Shown in pieces: positions 15,822-24,004 of a stretch of DNA of 38,974 nt. The first letter of the stretch is position 1. The number at the start of each line of letters is the position of its first letter. Made by a program: the position numbers and the translations under genes. This stretch comes from a virus, in IMG/VR virus record IMGVR_UViG_3300045988_024033; one strand, written 5' to 3'. A model generated the notes under the pieces. The model ran no database searches. It worked only from the letters and a program-made list of their open reading frames with translations, and had not been told where the DNA came from.

Positions 15822-16043
15822 ATGAAGATTCACAAGGAAATCGTATGGAATAAGGGATTTAACCCGAATAAGGATGGCGAATATCTGTTTATTCAGTTCT
15901 GGCATGATGGTTCGGTCACGTATGCTGCAAAGCTTGGCTACACAGTCCTGCATGGATGGAACACACACTCCGACGAATACGCCCATTCATTTGGGCAGAC
16001 ACCGAACAGCGGAAATTACGCATGGGCAGAATTGCCATTCTAA
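15822..16043 (+). CDS. Hypothetical protein (73 aa)
   Basis: The ATG follows the preceding stop directly, and the ORF lies in the operon orientation. Confidence 0.55.
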   Translation: MKIHKEIVWNKGFNPNKDGEYLFIQFWHDGSVTYAAKLGYTVLHGWNTHSDEYAHSFGQTPNSGNYAWAELPF

Positions 16044-16114
16044 AGCGAAAAGCCCATGCCGGAGCATGGACTAATCAAAACAACCATCTGTATTGTATCA
16101 CAAGGAGAACAAAA

Positions 16115-16339
16115 ATGAAATACGAATGTGAAAATTGCGGAGCGTTCTATTCCGATGAGGATATCACCGAGGATGGCGAAATGAGAGAGGATTGCTACGG
16201 AGTCAGATTCTGGGCAACCTTCCATTACTGCCCATGCTGCGGCGAGGAAGTAATCACGGATGAGGACTACGAGGACACCGAGACCATTGAGGATATCAAC
16301 AAGTCGCTGTATAGCGAATGGATGAGACAAGCACTTTAG
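16115..16339 (+). CDS. Zinc-ribbon protein (74 aa)
   Basis: The RBS AAGGAGAA precedes ATG 16115. The Cys pairs are CENCG and CPCCG. Confidence 0.6.
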   Translation: MKYECENCGAFYSDEDITEDGEMREDCYGVRFWATFHYCPCCGEEVITDEDYEDTETIEDINKSLYSEWMRQAL

Positions 16340-16352
16340 GAAGGAGAATGAA

Positions 16353-17069
16353 ATGGAACTGAAATTTCGAAAATTAAAGGCAGATGAGATTGACTGCCGG
16401 GTCCAGCAGATTAAGCCTAACGGCTTAACGCTGCTGCTGTACAAAGATGCACGGTGCGACCAGAACATCCTCGACGAGACCGTCGGGGCGATGAACTGGC
16501 AGCGACACCACAACAGGGACAACGCAAACTGTATTGTCTCCATCTGGGACAGCGAAAAGAACCAGTGGGTCGAGAAGGAGGACACCGGCACCGAAAGCCG
16601 AACCGAAAAAGCGAAGGGGTTGGCTTCCGACAGCTTCAAGCGTGCTTGCTTCAACTGGGGCATTGGTCGGGAGCTGTACACGGCGCCGTTCATCTGGATT
16701 CAGTCGAAAGACTGCAACATCAAAGACGGCAAGTGCTATGACCGCTTCGAGGTCCGGAACATTGGCTACACCGGCGACAGAATCACGGCGCTTGAAATCT
16801 ACAACAGCAAGACACGGGCGGTTTGCTACCGATTGGGTAATCCAACCAATGAACAGAGCGAGCCGGAAGAACCGAGCATTGCGAACGAACGAATCAAGCC
16901 GCATGAGGCTAGAGTGATTAAGCGGATGCTTGAAGAGTCCGAATCGGACATTGACAGCTTCCTCGGGTATTACCACGTGGACAAGGTCGAGGACATGACC
17001 GAGGCTGATTATGTGGATGCCAGCCGGAAGCTTAACGCAAAGCTTAAAAGAATTGGAGGAGAAAACTAA
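16353..17069 (+). CDS. Rad52-family single-strand annealing protein (Sak/DUF1071-like)
   Basis: IDCRVQQ...LLLYKDARCDQNILDETVG..NWQ...EKAKGLASDSFKRACFNWGIGRELY matches the phage Rad52-like pattern. Confidence 0.7.
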   Translation: MELKFRKLKADEIDCRVQQIKPNGLTLLLYKDARCDQNILDETVGAMNWQRHHNRDNANCIVSIWDSEKNQWVEKEDTGTESRTEKAKGLASDSFKRACFNWGIGRELYTAPFIWIQSKDCNIKDGKCYDRFEVRNIGYTGDRITALEIYNSKTRAVCYRLGNPTNEQSEPEEPSIANERIKPHEARVIKRMLEESESDIDSFLGYYHVDKVEDMTEADYVDASRKLNAKLKRIGGEN

Positions 17070-17290
17070 TGATTAGTATCAATGCAAAAGCAGAAAGAAT
17101 GAAGATTGAGGGCAATACCGAAGATTTGCAGGCAGACCTTGCAGCTATTGTTAATGAACTTTTTTATAGAAAAGTTTTGACAAAAGCCGAAATCATGGAA
17201 GCTGTCGAAGATGGATTTAAGACCATGGATGAAGTCATCGCTGAAATTATGGCTAATGCGGTGTTACTCGGAATTTTACAGGAAGATTAA
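17069..17290 (+). CDS. Hypothetical protein (73 aa)
   Basis: TAATG overlaps at both ends place it in the operon. Confidence 0.55.
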   Translation: MISINAKAERMKIEGNTEDLQADLAAIVNELFYRKVLTKAEIMEAVEDGFKTMDEVIAEIMANAVLLGILQED

Positions 17291-17580
17291 TGAAATCAAT
17301 CATGCAAGGGCAAAAAAGCTGCTTGATATGCCGAAGTCCATACGTGGAGAAGCACCACGTTTTCGGAGCAGCTAATCGTCAAAATTCCGAAAAGTACGGT
17401 TTGACCGTGTGGTTGTGCCATAAACACCACAACGAACCGCCGGAAGGAGTTCACTTCAACCGGCGGTTCATGGACGAACTGCACGAATGGGGGCAGAAGC
17501 AATTCGAAACCTATTATCCGGCTGAAAACTTTACCGAGATATTCGGAAAAAACTATTTGGGGGATGCCGATGAAGATTAA
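17290..17580 (+). CDS. HNH-like zinc-binding nuclease-family protein
   Basis: The motif is CLIC...EKHHVFG..NR...LCHKHHN...GVH. Confidence 0.5.
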   Translation: MKSIMQGQKSCLICRSPYVEKHHVFGAANRQNSEKYGLTVWLCHKHHNEPPEGVHFNRRFMDELHEWGQKQFETYYPAENFTEIFGKNYLGDADED

Positions 17581-18112
17581 GGATATCAAGCTGGAGAATT
17601 CACTATGGTCTGCACAGCTAACCATAGTGAGCGATGACCGGCAGGAGCTGCAACGTATATTCGAGAACGCCGGAAAGGTTGACCCAGAAAAAGAGTATAC
17701 GGTGAAAATCGAACCGAGAAGGAAGAAGCGTACATTGGATGCCAACGCTTACATGTGGCAGCTTCTGGACAAACTCGCCGAGAAGGTCCAAAACAGCCCC
17801 GTAGAGCTATACAAATTCTTCGTTCGACAATATGGTCAATACTACGTAATTCCGGTCAGAGCGGATGCGAAAAGCGCCTTTTCGGACGTGTGGAGTAGCC
17901 ACGGGATAGCGTGGTTCTGTGATGATATCGGACCATGCAAGAAAACATTGGGATATCACAACCTAAGAGCTTTTTACGGAACGAGCGAATACGACACAAA
18001 AGCGATGGCACGGCTGATAGACGAAGTCGTGGAGGAATGCAAAGCTCAAGGCATCGAAACCATGAGCAAGAAGGAAATCGATAACTTGATAGGAGGTCAA
18101 AAGAATGAATAA
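17564..18112 (+). CDS. NinB/Orf-like recombination mediator
   Basis: RRKKRTLDANAYMWQLLDKLAEKV ... GTSEYDTKAMARLIDEVVEECKAQGIET parallels the lambda NinB layout (RSLDQN...STS...). Confidence 0.5.
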   Translation: MPMKIKDIKLENSLWSAQLTIVSDDRQELQRIFENAGKVDPEKEYTVKIEPRRKKRTLDANAYMWQLLDKLAEKVQNSPVELYKFFVRQYGQYYVIPVRADAKSAFSDVWSSHGIAWFCDDIGPCKKTLGYHNLRAFYGTSEYDTKAMARLIDEVVEECKAQGIETMSKKEIDNLIGGQKNE

Positions 18113-18497
18113 CGTAGTACTTATCGGAAGACTCACGAAGGACCCGGAGCTTGCCTACGGCGGTCAGAACAGAGACATTGCAGTGTGCCGCTTCACACTG
18201 GCGGTGGACAGACCTACACAGGACAAGGCGGCGGATTTTATCCGCATTGTCGTTTTCCGGAAGCAGGCGGAGACCGCCCACCAGTACCTTGCAAAGGGCA
18301 GACAGTGCGCCGTCGAGGGGCGGATTCAGACCGGAAGCTATAAGGACCGAGAAGGAAAGACGGTGTACACAACAGACGTTGTCGCCAACAGGGTTCAGTT
18401 CCTTGGGTCTAATGGTTCCAGCGGTCAGCAGAGACAGCCGGAATTCGAACCAGTCCCAGATGCATTCGTTAATTGCGATGATGATATCCCATTTTAG
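18105..18497 (+). CDS. ssb: Single-stranded DNA-binding protein
   Basis: The OB-fold N-terminus is MNNVVLIGRLTKDPEL and the acidic tail ends DDDIPF. Confidence 0.95.
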   Translation: MNNVVLIGRLTKDPELAYGGQNRDIAVCRFTLAVDRPTQDKAADFIRIVVFRKQAETAHQYLAKGRQCAVEGRIQTGSYKDREGKTVYTTDVVANRVQFLGSNGSSGQQRQPEFEPVPDAFVNCDDDIPF

Positions 18498-18510
18498 GAG
18501 GGGGTGAACA

Positions 18511-19230
18511 ATGGCAGAAAGACGCATGTTTTCTAAACGAGTAATCGGAAGCGCTAGATTCCTTAAGATGCCAATCTCGACTCAGTGTTTGTACTTCCAC
18601 CTTGGGCTGAATGCCGATGACGACGGAATCGTCGAGGCGTACACGACAATAAAGCAGATTGGAGCGACGGAAGACGACTTGAAGGTCTTGGTGGCTAAGG
18701 GATTCTGCACGGTGCTGAACGAGGACCTTGTGACCTACATCACCGACTGGCGAGAAAACAATAAACTGCGAGCAGACCGGAAGATTGACAGCATCTATAA
18801 AAACCTGCTGTTGCAGATGGTGCCGGATGCGGATGTGCAGCAGATGGCTAACAGAGCCGGTAGAAAACCACGTGTTGAAACAATGGACGTCCCGGGGACG
18901 TCCCCGGGACCGCATAGGTTAGGTAAGGATAGGTTAGGTAAGGATAGTATAGATTATCACACACAGGGCAAGGTGCCGTGCGGAAGTTTAGGCAATGTAT
19001 ACCTAACACCAGAACAGAACGATGAATTGTACAAGCTTATCCCGTCACAGGCGGATGGTTACATCGAAAGATTCGGACGGTACAAGAGCATGAAGGCAAT
19101 CGAAAGCCACGACGATTACGCTTGGATTCGTGGTTGGATGGATGAAGACGAAGCCATCGTCAAAGAACGCCGGAAGCAGGAAGCGGAACGATGGGATGCC
19201 ATCGTCGAGGAGGAAGCAAATGGTAAGTAA
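18511..19230 (+). CDS. Phage replisome organiser / DnaD-like replication initiator
   Basis: The N-terminus MFSKRVIGSARFLKMPISTQCLYFHLGLNADDDGIVE is typical of replisome-organiser N-terminal domains. The gene contains an internal palindrome plus iterons. Confidence 0.75.
   Translation: MAERRMFSKRVIGSARFLKMPISTQCLYFHLGLNADDDGIVEAYTTIKQIGATEDDLKVLVAKGFCTVLNEDLVTYITDWRENNKLRADRKIDSIYKNLLLQMVPDADVQQMANRAGRKPRVETMDVPGTSPGPHRLGKDRLGKDSIDYHTQGKVPCGSLGNVYLTPEQNDELYKLIPSQADGYIERFGRYKSMKAIESHDDYAWIRGWMDEDEAIVKERRKQEAERWDAIVEEEANGK
18889..18947. repeat. Candidate origin: 22-bp perfect GC-rich palindrome followed by tandem 15-bp iterons
   Basis: GTCCCGGGGACGTCCCCGGGAC spans 18889-18910. ATAGGTTAGGTAAGG occurs twice (18914-18943), followed by a partial ATAG. 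Confidence 0.55.
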
Positions 19231-19417
19231 TAACCCGACCTACGGACTGTGGAACGATGGCGAGGACGAAGTCAAAAGCAGCAAAAAGTACGGCGCTAGA
19301 GCCCTCGACACGAAGACAGAAGAGGCAATCCGGGCGAACAGGGTGCACGAGTGCATCACCTACCACGCCGATAAGGAGCTTCTCAAGAAGGGAATCATCC
19401 GGAAGGTGGATGAATAA
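19220..19417 (+). CDS. Hypothetical protein (65 aa)
   Basis: GAGGAGGAAG precedes ATG 19220, which overlaps the upstream gene by 11 nt. Confidence 0.55.
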   Translation: MVSNNPTYGLWNDGEDEVKSSKKYGARALDTKTEEAIRANRVHECITYHADKELLKKGIIRKVDE

Positions 19418-19516
19418 ATCAGTATAAGTTATTTCTACATAAAAACAAAAAATCGGTTATTTTTCAAAGGTTAACAAGTCCCGCCCATGAAGGGCGGGCA
19501 AAGGAGGAAGAGTAAG

Positions 19517-19990
19517 ATGGCAACACTGTACGAACTGGCAGAAGAACTGGCAAAATTCGAACTTGAAATTGACGAAGAAACCGGGGAGGTATTGAACCTT
19601 GCGGACCTCGATAAAGTCGAGATGGAGTTTAAGAAGAAGGTCGAAGGTATCTGCCTCTGGATTAAGAACCTTAAGGCGGACGCTTTGGCATACAAGGCGG
19701 AAAAAGACAGCTTCATAAGAAAGCAGAGGGAAGCCGAGAAGAAAGCGGAGTCGCTGAGCCGATACGTGCAGGGCGTTCTCAGAGGTGAGAAATTCAAAAC
19801 GAATCGTGTGGCGGTCAGCTATAGGAAGTCTGAGGTGGTGGAGTGCTCCGACTTGTCAAAGGTAAGCGAGCAGTTCCTCAGGTTCAAGGACCCGGAGCTT
19901 GACAAGACCGCCGTAAAGAAGGCGCTGAAAAATGGCGAAACGGTAGAAGGCTGCTCTCTCGTCGAGAAGCAGAACATGACAATCAGATAG
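19517..19990 (+). CDS. Siphovirus Gp157-family protein
   Basis: MATLYELAEELAKFELEIDEETGEV...KAEKDSFIRKQREAEKKAESLSRYV...VEGCSLVEKQNMTIR fits the Gp157 pattern. The RBS is AAAGGAGGAAG. Confidence 0.8.
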   Translation: MATLYELAEELAKFELEIDEETGEVLNLADLDKVEMEFKKKVEGICLWIKNLKADALAYKAEKDSFIRKQREAEKKAESLSRYVQGVLRGEKFKTNRVAVSYRKSEVVECSDLSKVSEQFLRFKDPELDKTAVKKALKNGETVEGCSLVEKQNMTIR

Positions 19991-20010
19991 AAACTGGGAA
20001 GGAGAAAGCA

Positions 20011-20226
20011 ATGAAAGCAACAGCGACGACATTAGCAAGGTTGATTAAGAAAATGCGGAAGGCGGAAGGCGTAACGCAACCGGAGCTTGCTGAAATGGTG
20101 TATTCGGACAAAGGTTCGATTTGCCGCTGGGAGCACGGCGAAAGCATCACGTGGCACAAATTCATTGAGATTGCTGGGGTACTAGGCTACACGGTGGATA
20201 TTGAAGTGAAAGGCGGTGCAGAGTGA
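20011..20226 (+). CDS. Small XRE-type HTH protein
   Basis: The motif is LIKKMRKAEGVTQPELAEMVYSDKGSICRWEHG. Confidence 0.7.
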   Translation: MKATATTLARLIKKMRKAEGVTQPELAEMVYSDKGSICRWEHGESITWHKFIEIAGVLGYTVDIEVKGGAE

Positions 20227-20570
20227 GCTATAACTGGACGAAGTACAACAACAAAAAAGTCACCGTGGACGGTCAGAAATTCGATTCGAAAAAAGAGGCG
20301 AACCGGTACAGAGAACTTAGACTGCTGGAAAAGGCAGGAGAGATTAAGGACTTGCGGACACAGGTTAAATTCAAACTCATTCCGGCACAACGTGACGAGG
20401 CGACCGGGAAGGTGATTGAACGAGAGTGTTCCTATAAGGCGGATTTCGTCTACTACGAGGAGGACGGAGAAACCGTCGTGGAGGACGTTAAAGGCTTCCG
20501 AACGAAGGAATACATTATCAAGCGGAAACTGATGTTATATCAGTATGGAATTAGAATCAGGGAGGTATAG
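20223..20570 (+). CDS. DUF1064-family protein (endonuclease-fold, putative resolvase-like)
   Basis: The pattern is KYNNKKVTVDGQKFDSKKEANRYRELRLLEKAGEIKDL...YKADFVY...VEDVKG. The GTG start overlaps the upstream stop. Confidence 0.8.
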   Translation: MSYNWTKYNNKKVTVDGQKFDSKKEANRYRELRLLEKAGEIKDLRTQVKFKLIPAQRDEATGKVIERECSYKADFVYYEEDGETVVEDVKGFRTKEYIIKRKLMLYQYGIRIREV

Positions 20571-20571
20571 T

Positions 20572-20757
20572 ATGTGGCGACGATTAAAGGAGATTTTTCT
20601 TTGTTATCTGTTACCAATAATTGCAGTATTAACAATTGACATATTAGTAATGGCTAGATTGGCTTCACTTATACAAATGAAATATTGTGTACTGGTTGTA
20701 GTAGTTGGAACAGCTTTAGGACTCTTAATTGGGATTTTTAGCGACAAGGAGGTTTAG
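20572..20757 (+). CDS. Small two-TM membrane protein (61 aa)
   Basis: GGGAGG precedes ATG 20572. The sequence is hydrophobic and lies in an AT-richer segment. Confidence 0.55.
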   Translation: MWRRLKEIFLCYLLPIIAVLTIDILVMARLASLIQMKYCVLVVVVGTALGLLIGIFSDKEV

Positions 20758-20761
20758 GGCT

Positions 20762-20932
20762 GTGAAAGAATTAATCGGTTTTAATATTATAGCATTTGCG
20801 ATAGACTTGCTAATCACATTGGTTATGGGATGGGATTTAGACACAAAAGACAAGCTACTTCTTATCACGGGCGAACCTATAATTCTTGGAATTATATCTG
20901 TAGGAATCTATTTGTTAGTCGGGGAGGTTTAG
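20762..20932 (+). CDS. Small two-TM membrane protein (56 aa)
   Basis: AAGGAGG lies upstream of GTG 20762. It has an architecture and C-terminus (..VGEV) similar to the preceding ORF. Confidence 0.45.
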   Translation: MKELIGFNIIAFAIDLLITLVMGWDLDTKDKLLLITGEPIILGIISVGIYLLVGEV

Positions 20933-20934
20933 AA

Positions 20935-21288
20935 ATGGAAATGAAATGGCGCCCGATTGAAAACGGAAACTTGAGCGGAATACCGAGAGACAAAAGATTT
21001 CTGTTTACGGGAATTGATGACAATGAGTTATATGTTGATTTCGGCTACATAGATAGCTGGCTGGAAAAGCCCGTGCTTATCGATATCGGCGATGATTTTG
21101 AAATTCAAGTTGGAGCGAAAGAATTAATCGCATGGATGGAGCTTCCAGAACCGTTCGAACAGGGTAGGTGTGATATCTGCAAACACTGGAGAGTATTTAT
21201 TGACGGTTCCGGCAACCGTTGGAGTAAGTGCGAGTTACTGGGCTTTGCAACATTCGTACCTCTCAAAAAGTGCCCGTTGAAGAAATAG
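20935..21288 (+). CDS. Hypothetical protein (117 aa)
   Basis: GGGAGG lies 7 nt before ATG 20935. The C-terminus contains CDICKHW...C...C. Confidence 0.6.
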   Translation: MEMKWRPIENGNLSGIPRDKRFLFTGIDDNELYVDFGYIDSWLEKPVLIDIGDDFEIQVGAKELIAWMELPEPFEQGRCDICKHWRVFIDGSGNRWSKCELLGFATFVPLKKCPLKK

Positions 21289-21424
21289 TTGCATGTCGAG
21301 TAATTCCCATTTTCGTGAGGTAACGAAAATGGTTCGTGATGTAGGCTCTCTGAAATAGTTGCAAGTTGAGTAGTTGATGTATTAGTTGATGTATTAAGTC
21401 AAAGAAAGTCAAGGAATTAGTCAA
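21282..21424. repeat. Iteron-rich non-coding block
   Basis: GAAATAGTTGCANGTNGAGTANTT occurs twice (21282, 21352). There is a 9-bp-stem hairpin (21307-21332). TAGTTGATGTAT is in tandem twice (21371-21394). AGTCAA occurs three times at 21397, 21407 and 21419, with a fourth copy at 21484. Confidence 0.8.
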
Positions 21425-21535
21425 GGGGTTTCGTGAAAAGCTTGAAATATAAGGGCTTGAAGCGTGTCAGGAAGTTTTAAGTTAGTCAAAGAATAAGTTT
21501 TAGAAAGTGTTAAATGAGTGTTAGGAGGCGACAAG

Positions 21536-21790
21536 TTGAAATACAGAGTGATGTGGGAAGCGCTTAAAGATACGGCGGAAGTCATGATTGAGGATGGAAT
21601 AGTTGGCGAGGTGAGCTGGCGAACACTGTTAGAACTCATGCAGAGCGGCGAGAAAATGTTCGAGCCGGACGAGCGGTTCAGCGGAACATTTTTAGCTACG
21701 TTTGTCGATGGTTTGGAATTCGGCTTTGCGTGCCTTGGAGTGCTAATGCTGGTACTGGTTTTCATGGGGAGGATTGCTTATGTGGGTTGA
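21536..21790 (+). CDS. Hypothetical protein with C-terminal TM helix (84 aa)
   Basis: A perfect AGGAGG lies 7 nt before TTG 21536. ATG 21551 is an alternative start. Confidence 0.45.
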   Translation: MKYRVMWEALKDTAEVMIEDGIVGEVSWRTLLELMQSGEKMFEPDERFSGTFLATFVDGLEFGFACLGVLMLVLVFMGRIAYVG

Positions 21791-21950
21791 TAGTGCTGTT
21801 TTAAGAGCACATTTAATACGTTTGGAGAGGGAAGCCGGAGAAGAATTTGATGAATCAGAAGATTCTTTGTTGTCACAAGCGTTTTTTTCCGGAAAGATAA
21901 CAGCATACCACAAAATCGAGAAAATACTTGATGAATGGGGAGAAGACTAG
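21780..21950 (+). CDS. Hypothetical protein (56 aa), not in ORF track
   Basis: ATG 21780 overlaps the upstream gene by 11 nt. The ORF is acidic and helical and fills an otherwise empty gap. Confidence 0.4.
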   Translation: MWVDSAVLRAHLIRLEREAGEEFDESEDSLLSQAFFSGKITAYHKIEKILDEWGED

Positions 21951-21963
21951 AGGGAGGTAGGAA

Positions 21964-22356
21964 ATGAAGAATAGAGAGAAATACGAAAAAGAGTTGATGG
22001 ACGTTATCAAGATGGACGGTAGGATATGCGGATTCGTGAAAAAGCACGATGTATTCCGGATGATTGGAACGGGATGGGAAAGTTTCTGCGAAATGGATTG
22101 CGTTGCTTGTGGCACGGTACTACAGATTTGGCTTGACGAAGAATCCAAAGTAGACTGGAGCAAGGTTCCGGTTGATAAACTGGTGCGTGTGCGGAACGAC
22201 GAAAACGGCGAGTGGTTACTGCGGTATTTCTGCGAATGGAACGGGAACACGGACCATAAGTACACCACGTTCCCTAATGGAAGGACAAGTAAAACAGCAA
22301 CATACTACGTCGAAAACTGGAGGTTCTGCGAATTAGTGGAGGTTGAAGATGAATAG
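21964..22356 (+). CDS. Hypothetical protein (130 aa)
   Basis: The RBS GGGAGG precedes the ATG. Several Cys residues are present. Confidence 0.65.
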   Translation: MKNREKYEKELMDVIKMDGRICGFVKKHDVFRMIGTGWESFCEMDCVACGTVLQIWLDEESKVDWSKVPVDKLVRVRNDENGEWLLRYFCEWNGNTDHKYTTFPNGRTSKTATYYVENWRFCELVEVEDE

Positions 22357-22510
22357 GAAAGAATGTATCGACGATTTGAATTACATCAGGAAAGCATTTA
22401 TGGATGGGACGATGTATCAGTATGATGCAATCATTTTCATTATCGACACGCTGACTGAATACTTGAAAGGAGACAAAATACAGGGAGTTGAGCGTGGGGA
22501 GAAGGTATAG
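22349..22510 (+). CDS. Hypothetical protein (53 aa), not in ORF track
   Basis: ATG 22349 overlaps the upstream stop region, and the ORF fills a gap. Confidence 0.4.
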   Translation: MNRKECIDDLNYIRKAFMDGTMYQYDAIIFIIDTLTEYLKGDKIQGVERGEKV

Positions 22511-22706
22511 CGAGCTTCCAAACGAGTTTTTCGAAGCCTGCTATTGGATGCAGAGCAGGGGAATACCTATGAGAGTTGCGGCGGAGTTGGCAGGAATACC
22601 CACTTCAACATTCCACCGCAACTACCCATACTGGGAAGGCTACATTTACGATTCCGACGGAAGGATTATAGGAGAAAAATGTTCAACAGCAAACAAAAGA
22701 AAATGA
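22494..22706 (+). CDS. Small HTH-like protein
   Basis: AGGGAG lies 7 nt before GTG 22494. RGIPMRVAAELAGIPTSTFHRNY resembles an HTH. Confidence 0.45.
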   Translation: MGRRYSELPNEFFEACYWMQSRGIPMRVAAELAGIPTSTFHRNYPYWEGYIYDSDGRIIGEKCSTANKRK

Positions 22707-22990
22707 TTAGCATGATACTTGCACATCATGGGTTTAAGAACCAGCTTATTAAGACCGTGGAGGAGCTTTCAGAACTCACCACGGCAATTGTACAGTATTA
22801 CAACAAAGAACCCGGAGAGAGCCGATTAAGGGGCGTACAAGAGGAGATGGCAGACGTGTACATCATGCTAGAGCAAATCCGGAAGCAGTTTATGAGTCAG
22901 TGCGAACTGCAAGAGCTGATTGAGTACAAGTTAGAACGAGAATGCAAGAGGATTGAAACGGAGGTGAAAGATGGAAATTCAAGTATTTAG
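22679..22990 (+). CDS. MazG-like nucleotide pyrophosphohydrolase
   Basis: KTVEELSELTTAI...VQEEMADVYIMLEQI is the EExxE...EExxD-type MazG motif. The RBS GGAGAAAA precedes ATG 22679. Confidence 0.7.
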   Translation: MFNSKQKKMISMILAHHGFKNQLIKTVEELSELTTAIVQYYNKEPGESRLRGVQEEMADVYIMLEQIRKQFMSQCELQELIEYKLERECKRIETEVKDGNSSI

Positions 22991-23747
22991 CAACGCAGAA
23001 TTAGGCGAAGTAAGAACAACCGTGATTGATGGTGAAGTAATGTTTGTCGGTAAGGACGTGGCAAAAATTCTTGGCTATAAAAATACTAACGCTGCCATAA
23101 AAAAGCATATTGACAACGAAGATAAGGGGTTTGCGAAGTGCGACACCCTTGGTGGAATGCAGGAATTGGTGATGATTAATGAATCCGGGCTGTACAGCCT
23201 GATGTTTTCAAGCAAAATGCCTAACGCAAAGAAATTCAAGCGCTGGATAACAACGGAAGTCCTTCCATCCATTCGAAAGCATGGAGTGTACGCTGTAGAC
23301 GAAGTGCTACAGAATCCGGATGTTCTGATTCAAGCCTTAACCGAACTGAAAAAAGAGCGAGAAGAAAAAACACAGCTTAAAGAAACGGTGGCGGTGCAGA
23401 ATCAGCAGATAACCGAAATGACACCAAAAGCCTGTTATTACGATGTTGTTCTGAACTGCAAAGATGTAATATCTACAACCGAAATCGCAAAGGATTATGG
23501 ATGGAGTGCAAAAAAGATGAACTCCTATCTACACGAAAAGAAAATTCAGTTCAAGCAAGGGAAAATTTGGCTGCTATATCAAAAGTATGCAGAACAAGGG
23601 CTAACATCAACTAAGACTAGCGTATATAACGGCAGAGATGGTATAAGCCATTCTAGCATTCACACATACTGGACCCAGAAGGGAAGGTTGTTTATTTACG
23701 AACTTCTGAAGAAAGACGGGATTTTACCGACAATGGAGAGCAAATGA
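22971..23747 (+). CDS. Antirepressor (Bro-N domain plus KilAC/ANT C-terminal domain)
   Basis: The N-terminus is IQVFSNAELGEVRTTVIDGEVMFVGKDVAKILGY...SGLYSLMFSSKMPNAKKFKRWITTEVLPSIRKHG. The C-terminus is ISTTEIAKDYGWSAKKMNSYLHEKKIQ. Confidence 0.85.
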   Translation: MEIQVFSNAELGEVRTTVIDGEVMFVGKDVAKILGYKNTNAAIKKHIDNEDKGFAKCDTLGGMQELVMINESGLYSLMFSSKMPNAKKFKRWITTEVLPSIRKHGVYAVDEVLQNPDVLIQALTELKKEREEKTQLKETVAVQNQQITEMTPKACYYDVVLNCKDVISTTEIAKDYGWSAKKMNSYLHEKKIQFKQGKIWLLYQKYAEQGLTSTKTSVYNGRDGISHSSIHTYWTQKGRLFIYELLKKDGILPTMESK

Positions 23748-24004
23748 ATAGAAAACTGATTAAACAATGGAGGAAAGATAGGGATGCGGTAGTAGAGCTG
23801 TTGGACGTAGATAGGTTCAAGGCGTTCTATCGGTTGTATCAAAACAACGTGTACGGCGGTATGCCGATGCCAACAAGCGACCTAGTAATCATGGCGTCCA
23901 TTTGCAAGGTGGCGCTCGAAATCACAACCATCTCAAAAGAAACGAAGAAAAAGGCTGATGAATGGCTTGAAGCGAACAATTTTGCGAAAGGAATATGGAG
24001 ATGA
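23744..24004 (+). CDS. Hypothetical protein (86 aa)
   Basis: The ATGA overlap with the upstream gene indicates operon continuity. Confidence 0.55.
   Translation: MNRKLIKQWRKDRDAVVELLDVDRFKAFYRLYQNNVYGGMPMPTSDLVIMASICKVALEITTISKETKKKADEWLEANNFAKGIWR

Noticed and set aside
16040-16976. Minus-strand ORFs of 217 aa (16040-16693) and 183 aa (16425-16976)
   Set aside because: They run antisense to the zinc-ribbon and Rad52-like genes, which have good RBSs and recognisable motifs. The minus products have no RBS and biased composition.
17856-18527. 223-aa minus-strand ORF
   Set aside because: It runs antisense to the NinB-like and SSB genes. SSB is unambiguous (OB-fold N-terminus, DDDIPF tail).
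19479-19498. GC-rich hairpin CCCGCCC-ATGAA-GGGCGGG upstream of the Gp157 gene as a terminator
   Set aside because: No U-tract follows it. It abuts the RBS of the next gene, so it is at most an mRNA-stability or processing structure, and there is not enough evidence to call it.
21262-21290. Fourth copy of the CTCAAAA intergenic element (CCTCTCAAAAAGTGCC)
   Set aside because: It lies inside the 3' end of a coding region and lacks the TCCAA-type motif and the correctly spaced -10-like hexamer. It is probably a chance partial match.
21371-21424. Short tandem and spaced repeats considered as a mini CRISPR array
   Set aside because: The repeat units are only 6-12 bp. They lack unique spacers of about 30 bp, and no cas genes are present. 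They are better explained as protein-binding iterons.
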